Both the position numbers and the translations under genes were made by a program. Positions 1-9,753 of a stretch of DNA of 64,000 nt are shown here, in pieces. The DNA comes from an uncultured delta proteobacterium (lineage in GTDB: Bacteria; Desulfobacterota; Desulfobacteria; Desulfobacterales; QNYZ01). The stretch spans positions 763,851 to 827,850 of the forward strand of contig CAWANO010000010.1 of the NCBI GenBank assembly GCA_963783425.1. The letters run 5' to 3'. Within the stretch, counting starts at the first letter, position 1, and each line of letters opens with the position of its first letter. The notes below the pieces were generated by a model. That model worked only from the letters and a program-made list of their open reading frames with translations. It made no database searches and was not told the DNA's origin.

Positions 1-159
1 TTCGCCCAAAGCCGCCTCTTTGGCGCGCGCGGCCGTGGTGAGACGCTCCACTTTTGTCATGTAAGGTGAAATGACCCACTGAACGAGTATGAACACCAGC
101 AGGGCCGTTATGGCCGCAAAAACGCCCCATCGTTCGCGCCGGTTCAGCTGAAATCGCAC
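1..159 (-). CDS. GspM/PilO-like T2SS assembly protein, N-terminal fragment (gene runs off the window start)
   Basis: Not in the ORF track because it is open to the window edge. The reverse strand from GTG (159-157) reads VRFQLNRRERWGVFAAITALLVFILVQWVISPYMTKVERLTTAARAKEAALGE: a basic N-terminus plus one TM helix. It lies directly downstream of gspL, as in T2SS operons. Confidence 0.4.
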   Translation of the reverse strand, partial: MRFQLNRRERWGVFAAITALLVFILVQWVISPYMTKVERLTTAARAKEAALGE

Positions 160-229
160 CGGATCTCCTCTGCCGGAGGCACTATTGCAGTTTCAGTTAT
201 GGCCATGACCTGATTCAGGCTCCTTTTCT

Positions 230-1726
230 TTAGGACGTCGTCACTGCGCTGAAATTCACGCGAATCTTAAAGCGAACCTCATCGCCGTTTTTATTCATGT
301 TGGCAGCCGAAATTACGGCTGACTCGACCCAGGGTTGTCCGGCCAGGCGGTCGCGAATCTGATCGACGGTGTTAAAGGCACTGGTGGTACCGGTCAAGGT
401 CATATTATCCGGCCCCACGGTGACGTCGGTCAAGAGCAGTTTCCAGTCGGCAGGGAGGATGCGGCTGAGTTCGTTGATGATGTCCACTACACTCAGTCCG
501 CGCAACGTTAACAGGTCGCTGCTGGTTTCGGACAAGGCCGCGCTGATGTTGGACCGCATTTGTTGCAGGGGATCGACGATTCGTTTTACTTCCGGAAAGG
601 CCGTTTTGAACTCCTGTATGATCTGGCGGTCCAAACGTTCTACGCGTTGGTTGAGCACGTGAAGGTCTATCCAGGCATTAATACCCGACAGCACCAGAAC
701 CAGGCCGAGCAGCACCGCCGCCGCGGATAGAAAAGGGCGGTGTTCGTCCACCAGGCGCATGGCCCGGCCGTGTTGACGATGAAAATTGGGCACCTCCAGT
801 TGCTGCGACAGACAGAGGGCCAAGGCCAGGGCGTTGTCCATGGCCGCAGCGGGACTTTTGGCGTCATTGCCCGATGTTACCTGGTGCATCTGTATCAAGT
901 CCAGCGGCTGCAGCCTGAATTGGATGTCGTCTGAAAGCGATAGAGATCGCCCGGCCATGTCGTCAGGGACCTGGCCGCTGAAATAGCCCTGGCCGGGCAG
1001 GGCCTCGATTTCGCCGCGATCAAGCATCGCCGCCGTACTCAGCCGAATTTGCGCGGCCATGGCAGCCCAGGGGTCCAGGCCGCTGGCTGCAAAACGGAAA
1101 CTGCGAGTGGCCAGCACCTTTTGGGATTCGCAGACGAACAGGGTCCAAAAAGGTGGCGTGCCTGTCAGCAGCATGACTGTGGGTATAGTGTCATCCGTGT
1201 CATCCGAGGTGGGATGAGCTGGTTTCCGCGGGACAGTGGCAGCCGCCATAGGCCAGGCGCCTACGGTGACCAGCTCGGGCTCGATGGCAAACTCCGCCAG
1301 TGTCGTCATGCAATTGGCCAGCAGCGATTGGTCGATGGCGGCTGCAAGGACCGGCTGCGTGGCGCCCTTTTGCTTTTGCGTCAGCAGCAGGAAGTCCAAC
1401 GCCAGGGTGTCCGCCGCCACCGGCAAGGTCGCTTCGATCTCAAAGGGCAGGGCCTGCCGGATCTTGGCGCTGTTCCGAAACGGGAAATCGACTCGGCGGA
1501 TGTAAAAACGGTCGGCCGGAAGCGAGAGCGCCACTGCGGCGTCGCTGATATCGAGTTGGTTACAAAGAGCCCCGATCAGATGGCGCAGATCCTCTTCAAC
1601 GGTGGTGTGCTCTGACAGTGCGACCTGGGCCGTGGCTTTGATCTGAACTTTTTTCATGCCAGCACGAACCTGGACGGCATAGGCGTCGTCGTGGCGGATG
1701 TCGATTCCGATGATTCGAAGGCTCAT
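230..1726 (-). CDS. gspL: Type II secretion system protein GspL-like (PilM-like cytoplasmic domain + TM + PilN-like periplasmic domain)
   Basis: 498-aa ORF. The N-terminus (IGIDIRHDDAYAVQV) resembles the actin-like PilM/GspL fold. There is a central TM helix (FLSAAAVLLGLVLVLSGINAWI) and a C-terminal periplasmic domain. It overlaps the gspK stop by 4 nt. Confidence 0.65.
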   Translation of the reverse strand: MSLRIIGIDIRHDDAYAVQVRAGMKKVQIKATAQVALSEHTTVEEDLRHLIGALCNQLDISDAAVALSLPADRFYIRRVDFPFRNSAKIRQALPFEIEATLPVAADTLALDFLLLTQKQKGATQPVLAAAIDQSLLANCMTTLAEFAIEPELVTVGAWPMAAATVPRKPAHPTSDDTDDTIPTVMLLTGTPPFWTLFVCESQKVLATRSFRFAASGLDPWAAMAAQIRLSTAAMLDRGEIEALPGQGYFSGQVPDDMAGRSLSLSDDIQFRLQPLDLIQMHQVTSGNDAKSPAAAMDNALALALCLSQQLEVPNFHRQHGRAMRLVDEHRPFLSAAAVLLGLVLVLSGINAWIDLHVLNQRVERLDRQIIQEFKTAFPEVKRIVDPLQQMRSNISAALSETSSDLLTLRGLSVVDIINELSRILPADWKLLLTDVTVGPDNMTLTGTTSAFNTVDQIRDRLAGQPWVESAVISAANMNKNGDEVRFKIRVNFSAVTTS

Positions 1727-2862
1727 GGTTGTTCAAGCAGGTTTGTCATGCGGTTTTGGGCCGTTTCGGTCGTTTGAATGCGGCCGCCGTCGACCTGTCG
1801 GCTTAAAACGTGGCAATAGAATTTTCCGGTGGTCGGATTGTTCTTGCGTTCCGCGACCACCGTGATGCGCCTCCATGTTTCACCCATCTGGGCCGTGGCT
1901 TCGATGCGAAACAGATCGCTACGCGGTGTTAACAGTCGGGGATTAATGACAATTTGACCGCATCCGGGCGCTTCCTTATACCATGTTGGCGAGGAAAGGT
2001 CATGGATATAGTTTCCATCGTCGGTGGCGTCGCGGTATTCGACGATGGTTTCAGCCAGGTCGGCATGTTCCGCAGGTAGCAGTGCGGCGATCACCGGCAG
2101 TTCGGCGGTGTTGAGGTTGATTCTACCCCGGTATGTGAACTTTCCCGCTCGGGCAGCCGTCATGCCATGCACGGTGAGGTAGCGCTGCAGCCCCAACTTT
2201 TCATCGGCCCCCTGAAAAAGCTCATCGCTGATACCGCGCACCAGCCGCAATTCACTCAGGTCCTGGATGGGTCCGTTGCGGCAATCGTAAGGCGGATCCA
2301 GGTTGCGGTAATAATCATTCTCGGCGCCGTTAAGCCCGGTGATGGCGTCGCCGTCGTTAAAATCGAGCCAATCCTTCAGGGCACTGATGATGGTCAAGGG
2401 TTCGATCTGCTCTGAAAACTCCCGTCCAGCGGTCATCACCTCCATGAAACGGTTCCAAAGCACAAGCTGCTGCGGATTGTATTGCTGGCCGGCCGGGTAG
2501 AGCACCAAGGCGTTGACCTGAATCCGGGATAGTTCGTCGCTGATGCTAAAGCTGACGCTGCCTTGCTCAAATTGCAGCTCGGCGGCAAGTTCGGCCCGTT
2601 TTTCAGGGTCTGCCCAGGGCTCCTGGAGCGAATCGAGCTGGCTCTCGCGGGCATCTTTGACCAGCAGGGCCATGGCCGCCTGGATGCCGGCCTCGGCCAT
2701 CTGTTCGCCCATCAGCAAACGGGCGGTGGCATGGGCGGCGCTGTAGTAATGATAGACCTGACGGTGCTGCGTCAGGGTGACGGCCACCAACACGGTGATC
2801 ACCGACAAAGTGACCAGCAGGGCGATGCCGCGTTCATTTTTAAGCGGCTTAAGGAGTGTCAT
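1723..2862 (-). CDS. gspK: Type II secretion minor pseudopilin GspK
   Basis: 379 aa. N-terminal hydrophobic pseudopilin segment ERGIALLVTLSVITVLVAV, followed by a large periplasmic domain with an HhH-like segment (INLNTAELPVIAALLP). Position is between gspJ and gspL. Confidence 0.75.
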   Translation of the reverse strand: MTLLKPLKNERGIALLVTLSVITVLVAVTLTQHRQVYHYYSAAHATARLLMGEQMAEAGIQAAMALLVKDARESQLDSLQEPWADPEKRAELAAELQFEQGSVSFSISDELSRIQVNALVLYPAGQQYNPQQLVLWNRFMEVMTAGREFSEQIEPLTIISALKDWLDFNDGDAITGLNGAENDYYRNLDPPYDCRNGPIQDLSELRLVRGISDELFQGADEKLGLQRYLTVHGMTAARAGKFTYRGRINLNTAELPVIAALLPAEHADLAETIVEYRDATDDGNYIHDLSSPTWYKEAPGCGQIVINPRLLTPRSDLFRIEATAQMGETWRRITVVAERKNNPTTGKFYCHVLSRQVDGGRIQTTETAQNRMTNLLEQP

Positions 2863-2866
2863 TGCA

Positions 2867-3610
2867 CTAGGGTGTCGTCATGGCGGTGCGCGTTGTAGCA
2901 AGCGCAACGCGGGTTATCAGGGCCAGGCTCTCGGCGCCGTTGTTTAAGATCAAATCGATCTCGACGTTGACCGGGGTGGCAAAATCGGTGCTTTCATCAT
3001 CAGAGTTCCAAACGGACCGACTCTCTCCATCGGCATCGAAAAAGGAGAATTTCAACGACTCGAGATGGGTGCATAGCACCGGGTCCTCGGGTGCCGGCTC
3101 GAACTCGCCGAAGGGGTATAGCTGGTCGGCGCGGCGCAATATCATCCCGGAGCGACTTTCCTGGGTGTAATAGGTGATGCGGGCGGCACTGTATTCAAAT
3201 GGCCCTTGGCGGCTTTGGCCGATGTGGGCCCCGGAGACAAACTGCAGTTTGGGAAACTCCTCGCCGGCCAGGTATTGGGTTTCGGCCAGGAACCGGTAGG
3301 GGTCGGGGTCACTGGTGACGCCCGGCTTGGTGTAAGCGGTGGCACTGGTGACACGTAACTGTTTCAGGTCGTCGGCGATACGGTTCAGGCAGTATTGACC
3401 CATGCGGGCCAGGCGCATTTTTTGGGCGATGGGTTCGGTTTGGGTAAAAACGGCGTTAAACGACCCAAACAGCGTCACCATGATGACACTTAAAATAAAA
3501 ATGGCGATCAACAGCTCCACCAGGGTGAACCCGCTGGCGGTGGTAGTTGGTGCCACGGCGAAAGGCCCGGATTTTTGGGGCCCTATTGGTGTTGGGCTGG
3601 GCGTTCTCAT
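2867..3610 (-). CDS. gspJ: Type II secretion minor pseudopilin GspJ-like
   Basis: Prepilin-type N-terminal motif SG/FTLVELLIAIFILSVIM. Operon position is between gspI and gspK. The leader is unusually long, so the true start may be internal. Confidence 0.6.
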   Translation of the reverse strand: MRTPSPTPIGPQKSGPFAVAPTTTASGFTLVELLIAIFILSVIMVTLFGSFNAVFTQTEPIAQKMRLARMGQYCLNRIADDLKQLRVTSATAYTKPGVTSDPDPYRFLAETQYLAGEEFPKLQFVSGAHIGQSRQGPFEYSAARITYYTQESRSGMILRRADQLYPFGEFEPAPEDPVLCTHLESLKFSFFDADGESRSVWNSDDESTDFATPVNVEIDLILNNGAESLALITRVALATTRTAMTTP

Positions 3611-4002
3611 TGACTTTGGAGCAAGCGGTAGGTGCTTAGGGTAAAGTTTTTATCGGTGGCCGCGGTGCTGATTTCAACGTCGATGCGTGCCAGTTGTTCC
3701 TCGGTGCCCTCGAGGGCCTCGGACGCCATGATCGTCACCGTGGTACGCCAACGGTAAGCGGGGTGTTGGGGGTCGAAATCGCCCGTCTCTTCCCCTAAGC
3801 CGGCATCGTCAAGGACCGCCGGCAAGGCCGCGATTTTCTTCTGGGCCAGAAGGGGGGCGATAGACTGGAATTGGGTGGCCTCGGTTACGGATAAGGTCTG
3901 GGAGTGGAGCTTGTAGATGGCCAGCAGCACCGTGGCCAGTATCATCAGGGCAACCATCACCTCCAGCAGCGTAAAGCCGCGGTTATTGCCAGCGCTGGGC
4001 AT
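3607..4002 (-). CDS. gspI: Type II secretion minor pseudopilin GspI-like
   Basis: 131 aa. Prepilin motif NRG/FTLLEVMVALMILATVLL. The size is typical of GspI. Confidence 0.65.
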   Translation of the reverse strand: MPSAGNNRGFTLLEVMVALMILATVLLAIYKLHSQTLSVTEATQFQSIAPLLAQKKIAALPAVLDDAGLGEETGDFDPQHPAYRWRTTVTIMASEALEGTEEQLARIDVEISTAATDKNFTLSTYRLLQSQ

Positions 4003-4543
4003 AGGTTAAAAAACCCTCGAACTGGTCGACCGGGGTGAAAAAAGGCTCGATAAAAAGTGAGTATCGGTGATTGGGGTAGCGGGTCATGTGGAGCACGATC
4101 TGGTCGGCATAACCGTGGCGCGAAAAGCGGATGGCCACATCTTCGGCCCCATCCGATGGTTGCCGAGGTCGATGCACCTGGGCCACGCGGACACTGTCGG
4201 GCAGTACCAGTGCCTTTTCCAAGGCCTGCGTCAGGGCCAGTTCGTCCATCTCCGCGTGGCTCGACCACATGAGCTGCCGGGCCATGTCGACGTGCAAGAA
4301 ATAATCGCGCTGCTCGGCAACGGCCGCGGCCCGCAGCTTGGGTACCGTCAGCATCACCCAGCGTGAGACTTTTTTGGCGGGATCAGACAGAAAACCATCA
4401 TCAAGCCGCGGCGTAGCCCAGAAAAGCAGCATACCTATCAGAGCCATGACCACAATGAGTTCAATCAAGGTAAAACCTGAGGCTGCCCCTTTGGCCAGCG
4501 GCCGTGTGAGCGGTATGGCGGCCTTCGGTGCGAATGGGCTCAC
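3983..4543 (-). CDS. gspH: Type II secretion minor pseudopilin GspH-like
   Basis: Prepilin motif ASG/FTLIELIVVMALIGMLLF. The ORF track extends to 4666, overlapping gspG. A GTG at 4543-4541, immediately after the gspG stop (4547-4545), is the more likely start. Confidence 0.55.
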   Translation of the reverse strand: MSPFAPKAAIPLTRPLAKGAASGFTLIELIVVMALIGMLLFWATPRLDDGFLSDPAKKVSRWVMLTVPKLRAAAVAEQRDYFLHVDMARQLMWSSHAEMDELALTQALEKALVLPDSVRVAQVHRPRQPSDGAEDVAIRFSRHGYADQIVLHMTRYPNHRYSLFIEPFFTPVDQFEGFLTYAQRWQ

Positions 4544-4544
4544 G

Positions 4545-5006
4545 TTACTCGATATCCCAGTTGTTGATGTCGCTGTTTTCTTCTTCCCCGCCAGCAACGC
4601 CATCGGCGCCATAAGAGATAATATCGAATTCACTATTGGTGCCGGGGCTGAGGTAGACGAAGTCATTGCCCCAGGGGTCTTTGGGCAGGCGCCCTTTTTC
4701 CAGATAGCCGCCCGTACGCCAGTTCTGGGGTACGCGGCCGTACTCGGGGATAACCACCAGGGCGTTTAGCCCCTGTTCGGTGTCGGGATAGAAGCCGCTG
4801 TCGAGCTTGTAGAGCTTGAGGGCGGTTTCCAGGCTTTGGATCTGCATCTTGGCCTTAATACGCTTTGCCTCTTCGGGCCGGCTCATAATGCGCGGCACGA
4901 TCAGGCCCGCCAAAATCCCCAAAATGACGATTACCACCATCAGCTCTATCAGGGTAAACCCGCGCTCGGTCAAAATGGCCCTTTTGGCCAGCCTTTTTGC
5001 TCTCAT
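4545..5006 (-). CDS. gspG: Type II secretion major pseudopilin GspG
   Basis: 153 aa. Canonical GspG N-terminus [27 protein letters not shown] and C-terminal [16 protein letters not shown] motif. Confidence 0.9.
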   Translation of the reverse strand: MRAKRLAKRAILTERGFTLIELMVVIVILGILAGLIVPRIMSRPEEAKRIKAKMQIQSLETALKLYKLDSGFYPDTEQGLNALVVIPEYGRVPQNWRTGGYLEKGRLPKDPWGNDFVYLSPGTNSEFDIISYGADGVAGGEEENSDINNWDIE

Positions 5007-5056
5007 AAACCTTATCCCGTCGTCATGCGTTGATTAAAAATAGAGTGTCACCATCT

Positions 5057-6283
5057 TCAGCCGATCAGCTGGTTCATTTCAAATATCGGCAAACAGATAG
5101 ACAACACGATAAAGCCGATGATCACTCCCATAACCAGAATCATCAGCGGTTCGAGCAGCGAGGCCAGTCCCACAATGCGGCTTTCGGCCTCCTGCTCGTA
5201 AATGGTGGAGACCTTCTCCAGCATCTCTTCCAGTTGGCCGCCCTGTTCGCCCACAGTGACCATTTGCACGGGCAGGCCGCTGAAATAGTCGTAGCGGGCG
5301 AGATGTTCACTCAAGCCGCCGCCCTTCCCCACCTCGACGGCCACCGAATCGATGGCATCGGCAATCAGGCTGTTGCCGGTCACATTTTTGGCAATGCCCA
5401 GGGCTGTGAGCATGGAGACCCCGTTTTCCAGCAGTGAGCCCAAAGTGCGCGTAAAGCGTGCCACGGCCAGCTTGCGTGTCAGGGGGGCCATGACCGGCAG
5501 CCGCAACCGCAGCTTGTCGATCATGTAACGGCCGCGGGCGCTACGCTTGGCGGCACTGAAGCCGATCGCACCCGCCAGCAGGGCCAGGGCGATCAACCAC
5601 CACCAGCGGCGGAAAATTTCGCTGACGGCGATCAGAAAGCGGGTGGGGGCCGGCAGGGCGCGGTTCATGTCGGTAAAGATCGAGGTGATATTGGGCACGA
5701 TAAAGGTCAGCAGCAAAAAAAGCACCAACACCCCGATCATGGCCATCAGCAATGGATAGATCAGGGCGGCGCGGATGCGGGTTTTGACCGCCTGCTGGCG
5801 CTCCATGATGTGGGCCAGGCGGTCGAGAACGATATCGAGATTGCCGGCCGATTCGCCCGAGCGCACCATGTTGATGTATACCGGCGAAAAGGTGCCGGGG
5901 AAAAGCTCCAGGGCTTGTGCAAAGCTGTTGCCTTCAACGATGGTGTCTTTGACCTTGGCCATGGTTTTTTTGAGCCGCGGCCGTCCGATGTGGGGCAAAA
6001 GGGCGTCAAAGGCCGACACCAGCGGAAAACCGGCCGCCACCAGGGTGGAGATCTGGCGGGTGATCACCGCCAGCTCCGCCGGGCGAATGCGGCCAATCAG
6101 GGCGGGCATGGCCCAGCGGCGCGGTTTTTTCAGCGAGTGGGCGTCGTGAACCTCTTTGACCGAAACGGGAAATAAGTGGGTGGTGCGCAGCCGTTGGCGT
6201 GCGGCCACGGCACTTTCGGCGTCGATGATCCCCGACGTGGTCTTGCCCCGTTGGTTGAGGGCGGCGTATTCGTAAACGGGCAT
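5057..6283 (-). CDS. gspF: Type II secretion / type IV pilus inner-membrane platform protein GspF/PilC family
   Basis: 408 aa. Duplicated T2SF-type cytoplasmic domains separated by TM helices. It ends with the typical ICLPIFEMNQLIG tail. Confidence 0.85.
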   Translation of the reverse strand: MPVYEYAALNQRGKTTSGIIDAESAVAARQRLRTTHLFPVSVKEVHDAHSLKKPRRWAMPALIGRIRPAELAVITRQISTLVAAGFPLVSAFDALLPHIGRPRLKKTMAKVKDTIVEGNSFAQALELFPGTFSPVYINMVRSGESAGNLDIVLDRLAHIMERQQAVKTRIRAALIYPLLMAMIGVLVLFLLLTFIVPNITSIFTDMNRALPAPTRFLIAVSEIFRRWWWLIALALLAGAIGFSAAKRSARGRYMIDKLRLRLPVMAPLTRKLAVARFTRTLGSLLENGVSMLTALGIAKNVTGNSLIADAIDSVAVEVGKGGGLSEHLARYDYFSGLPVQMVTVGEQGGQLEEMLEKVSTIYEQEAESRIVGLASLLEPLMILVMGVIIGFIVLSICLPIFEMNQLIG

Positions 6284-6341
6284 GGGGCGATAATATCAAA
6301 AGGTTATCGGCGACACAACCGCGAACCGCCTTCAAAAACTG

Positions 6342-6369
6342 TTGACACGGTTTTGGATCCCAATATACT
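6342..6369 (+). promoter_or_regulatory. Sigma-70-type promoter candidate for the lipoprotein gene
   Basis: TTGACA (6342-6347), 16-nt spacer, TATACT (6364-6369). Confidence 0.45.
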
Positions 6370-6416
6370 GATTCGCAATAAAATTCATGTGCTTACCCAT
6401 AAAAAAGGAAAAACCG

Positions 6417-7055
6417 GTGCGTAATAAAACAACTGGATGGGCAGGCCTTTTGATCCTGATCCTGGTGGTGGGATGTGGCTCGGAGTCGGGTATCGGCGGT
6501 GATGACAGTATCGGCGTCGAACTGACCGCTCACGACAACGGTACCGTTACCGGCGACGGTACCACCTCCATCGATGTCGTCAGGAGTGATTGTGAAACCG
6601 GCGGCGGTGAAGGTGCGGAATTGAGTGCCGAACCCTTTTTCGACACCCTGGGCAAGGCGCGCTTTACCTATTTCCCGCTGTGCACCGATTGCCCCGAGGG
6701 CGCCACCCAGGCCTACATTATCGATGGCTACACCGTGGCGTATATCCCGATTCAAAGCCCCGACGGCCGGGGCGGCTCTTTTTTACCGCCGGCACTGGTG
6801 AACCTCGACCAGAAGGTGCTCAGCCAGATCATCCTCTCGCGCGATTTTACCACGGTTGAACGCACTATTATCCTGATACCCATAGGCACCAAGAACGAAT
6901 ACCTGAATAAGGCCAGCGCCCGGGGAATAGCGGTTTCCAGCCTCTACAGCGTGCGTGTGACCTTTTTCGGCCGTAGCCGCACGGGGGGCGACTTCAGCCT
7001 GACCAGCACTCTGGAGCTCTCTTTCGGCAGCTACGACGCCTGCCAGGAACCGTAA
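6417..7055 (+). CDS. Hypothetical lipoprotein
   Basis: The ORF track starts at 6387. A GTG at 6417 preceded by AAGGA gives a textbook lipoprotein signal VRNKTTGWAGLLILILVVG/CGS. No recognisable domain follows. It is on the opposite strand to its flanking genes pilQ and gspF. Confidence 0.6.
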   Translation: MRNKTTGWAGLLILILVVGCGSESGIGGDDSIGVELTAHDNGTVTGDGTTSIDVVRSDCETGGGEGAELSAEPFFDTLGKARFTYFPLCTDCPEGATQAYIIDGYTVAYIPIQSPDGRGGSFLPPALVNLDQKVLSQIILSRDFTTVERTIILIPIGTKNEYLNKASARGIAVSSLYSVRVTFFGRSRTGGDFSLTSTLELSFGSYDACQEP

Positions 7056-7092
7056 CCTAGGTTATCCATACCAGTTACCGCCGGTGAAGGCC

Positions 7093-9753
7093 TTAAAAAG
7101 TGCTCCCGCTTGCGGGGCTGGCTTTAATCTTCTGCTGCTGGAGCTGTAGAATCTGGGGCGTGATAAAGATCAGCAGCTCCTCCTTGGTGTTGTCGTCGAT
7201 GCGGTTTTTGAAGAGCCAGCCCAGGATGGGGATCTTCGACAGCCATGGCAGCCCCGCCTCATCGACCCTTTCCCTGGTTTTTTTAATTCCGCCGATGACA
7301 ATGGTGTCGCCGTTTTCCATCAGAAATTCAGTTTCGGCTTCCTTGGTATTGAGAAACGGTACGCGCGACCCAAATTCATCCGCATCGGTAAATCCGGCGA
7401 TATCCTTCTTTTGCAGTTTGAGTCGCATGGACACGCGCCCGTCGGGGGTGATGTGCGGCGTGACCGTCAACTGAAGCTCAATCTCCTTGAATTTGACGGT
7501 GTCAATGGTGCTGCCGCCCGTGCTGATTCCTTCCCTGTAAGGATACTCAAGGCCCTGTTTGATAATGGCCTCCTGGTTGTCCATGGTAAGCACGCGCGGG
7601 GTGGAGATGATTTTGACATCCCCTTCGGCTTCCCTGGCGTAGAGCTGGGCGTCGAGCAAAAAGGGCGTGCCGAAAATACGCGCGAAATTGAATCCGGCGA
7701 CGGGCGCGTCCGGGGTGGGGAAGTTGATGGCCGTGTCCCAGCCGTAGGTGCCGCCGACCATGCTGAAGCCGCGCTGGGGGCCGATGCCGGCGCGCGGGTC
7801 GTCGTTGGGGATGCCGCCGAACATGCTCCAACTGATACCCAGCCCACGGTAAAACTCTGAAGAGGCCTCCACGATGCGCGCCTCGATCAGCACTTGGGGT
7901 GTGACCCGGTCGAGCTGTTCGACGATCTGCCTGGCGCGGGCGATGGTTACGGGTACATCGGTGAGAATCAGGATGTTGTTGCGGGCATCAACGCTGAGGG
8001 TGCCGCGGCCGGAGCCGTCCACATTCTTGGTGAGAATTGCTTCGATGTGGGTTTTGATGTCCTTGTCGGCATTGGCGTAATTGATGGTAATGTATTCGGT
8101 CACCAGATCAGCCTGCTGTTCGGCCAGTTGCTTGGCTTTAAGTTTAGCCGTGCGGGACTCACCTTCGGCGCGCAACGTCTCCTGAGTGGCGATGCGGATG
8201 ATGTTGCCTTCCAGGCGTTTGTCGAGCTGGTTCATTTTCAGCACCAGATCAAGCACCTGATCCCAGGGCACCGGTTTTTCCAGCGCCAACGTCACCCGAC
8301 CGGTGACATTCTTGTCAACGGCGAAATTGTCGCCGCTAACATCAGCCAGCACCCGAAACACGTTGCGGATATCGGTATCGTGAAAATTGAGGATCAGTTT
8401 TTCACCCGTATAGGTGGGGGCGCCGGCATCGGCTTTTGACGCCATGGCGGTTTCGGGGGGCGTAGACTCGGCCACGAATTTGTCGTCTGCTGGAGGGCCG
8501 GGCGCTGTTGGGGGCGTGCCGCTGGCCGTTGCATCAGCCGCAGGTGCGTTGCGTCCGGACGTTTCGAAGGTCAGCGTCAACAGATTTTGATTTTGATCGA
8601 CCAGGTAGGGTACCCGCCGGTTAAGGTGCACATCCACCCAGGTTTCGGTGGGTTCGGCGGTATTCTGACGGCTCTTGACGGCGCCCACAACCGCGCGAGC
8701 GGGCAAAGACCGGTCGGCGTCGGCGGCCAGGCGACTGTTTTGAAGATGCAAACGGACGAGATCGGGGTTGGGCCTTGTTACGCGATAATTCGCCGTTTGC
8801 GAGGTGCGTACCCGCACCTCAACCGGCCCGTCGCGCCGAGGACCGTAGTGCATGGACTCGACCGTGACCGGTGGCGGTGCGGTCTCGTGGTTGTTGATGG
8901 TGATTTGCAGCCCTTCGGCGTTAGTCTCGGCCCTGTAGCGCGACAGGTAGGACGTTTCGGTATCCAACACCAGACGCGTCTGGCGGTCCTGACCGAAATA
9001 GCGGATCTGGCTCAGTTGGGAGGTGTTGACGGGCATAACCTGCTCACCGCCAGCGGGCGGCGTCAATCCGTAGATGTCAAACACAATGCGCGGCGGATTG
9101 GCCAGGGTGAAACTGTCGAAGCGTTCGATGGGCCGCGAACTGCGCACCTGGACCCGCGTGGCCGTGGGCATGCTTTCGGTGGTGACGGACGACAGGCGTA
9201 GCGGAGCGGCAGGTTGGCCTTCGGGCAGAGCGCTGTCGGTTAACGCTGGTGTGGCGTCCGTCGCAGGTGCTGCCGTGCGCGACGCCCCTGGTTTGGGGAC
9301 CGAAATCACCAGGTTTCCGGCGACCTGATCGATGTCGTAGGGCGTGTCTGCCACCATCTCGACCATCAACTGAAGGGGCGCATCCGGGGTGGTGGCTTCT
9401 TCGATGGTCACACGGCTGATGTTGCCGGCACCGGCTGTCGGCATGGGTGCTTTGGCGGTCGAGCGTGTAGCGGGGAAGAAGAAGAGGATTGCCGGCGGAT
9501 CGGGCCGTTTGATGGCGGTAAACTCCAGGTTGGCGTCACTGGTGATGTGCAGCTGCTGGCTGTTTTGCGACTCGACCAAGGCGATGCCCTGGATGGTTTT
9601 CAAACCCGGTGCGGTGGCCACCAATGCTGCGGGCGCTTCGGCAGCCGGCGGCGGGGCCCCGGCGCACCCCCACAGCAGGCACACAAAGGTTGCTAAAGTG
9701 GTGATCAACGGCCAAGGAAAGCGGGGTCTCTGGTTACTGGACAGATGATTCAC
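7093..9753 (-). CDS. pilQ: Type IV pilus secretin PilQ (AMIN domains + secretin)
   Basis: N-terminal lipobox LLWGCAG. Repeated AMIN-like modules (e.g. RVQVRSSRPIERFDSFTLANPPRIVFDIYG). C-terminal secretin domain (VTPQVLIEARIVEAS, IPILGWLFKN). The ORF track begins at 9846; a GTG at 9753 just before the signal peptide is the more likely start. Confidence 0.85.
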   Translation of the reverse strand: MNHLSSNQRPRFPWPLITTLATFVCLLWGCAGAPPPAAEAPAALVATAPGLKTIQGIALVESQNSQQLHITSDANLEFTAIKRPDPPAILFFFPATRSTAKAPMPTAGAGNISRVTIEEATTPDAPLQLMVEMVADTPYDIDQVAGNLVISVPKPGASRTAAPATDATPALTDSALPEGQPAAPLRLSSVTTESMPTATRVQVRSSRPIERFDSFTLANPPRIVFDIYGLTPPAGGEQVMPVNTSQLSQIRYFGQDRQTRLVLDTETSYLSRYRAETNAEGLQITINNHETAPPPVTVESMHYGPRRDGPVEVRVRTSQTANYRVTRPNPDLVRLHLQNSRLAADADRSLPARAVVGAVKSRQNTAEPTETWVDVHLNRRVPYLVDQNQNLLTLTFETSGRNAPAADATASGTPPTAPGPPADDKFVAESTPPETAMASKADAGAPTYTGEKLILNFHDTDIRNVFRVLADVSGDNFAVDKNVTGRVTLALEKPVPWDQVLDLVLKMNQLDKRLEGNIIRIATQETLRAEGESRTAKLKAKQLAEQQADLVTEYITINYANADKDIKTHIEAILTKNVDGSGRGTLSVDARNNILILTDVPVTIARARQIVEQLDRVTPQVLIEARIVEASSEFYRGLGISWSMFGGIPNDDPRAGIGPQRGFSMVGGTYGWDTAINFPTPDAPVAGFNFARIFGTPFLLDAQLYAREAEGDVKIISTPRVLTMDNQEAIIKQGLEYPYREGISTGGSTIDTVKFKEIELQLTVTPHITPDGRVSMRLKLQKKDIAGFTDADEFGSRVPFLNTKEAETEFLMENGDTIVIGGIKKTRERVDEAGLPWLSKIPILGWLFKNRIDDNTKEELLIFITPQILQLQQQKIKASPASGSTF

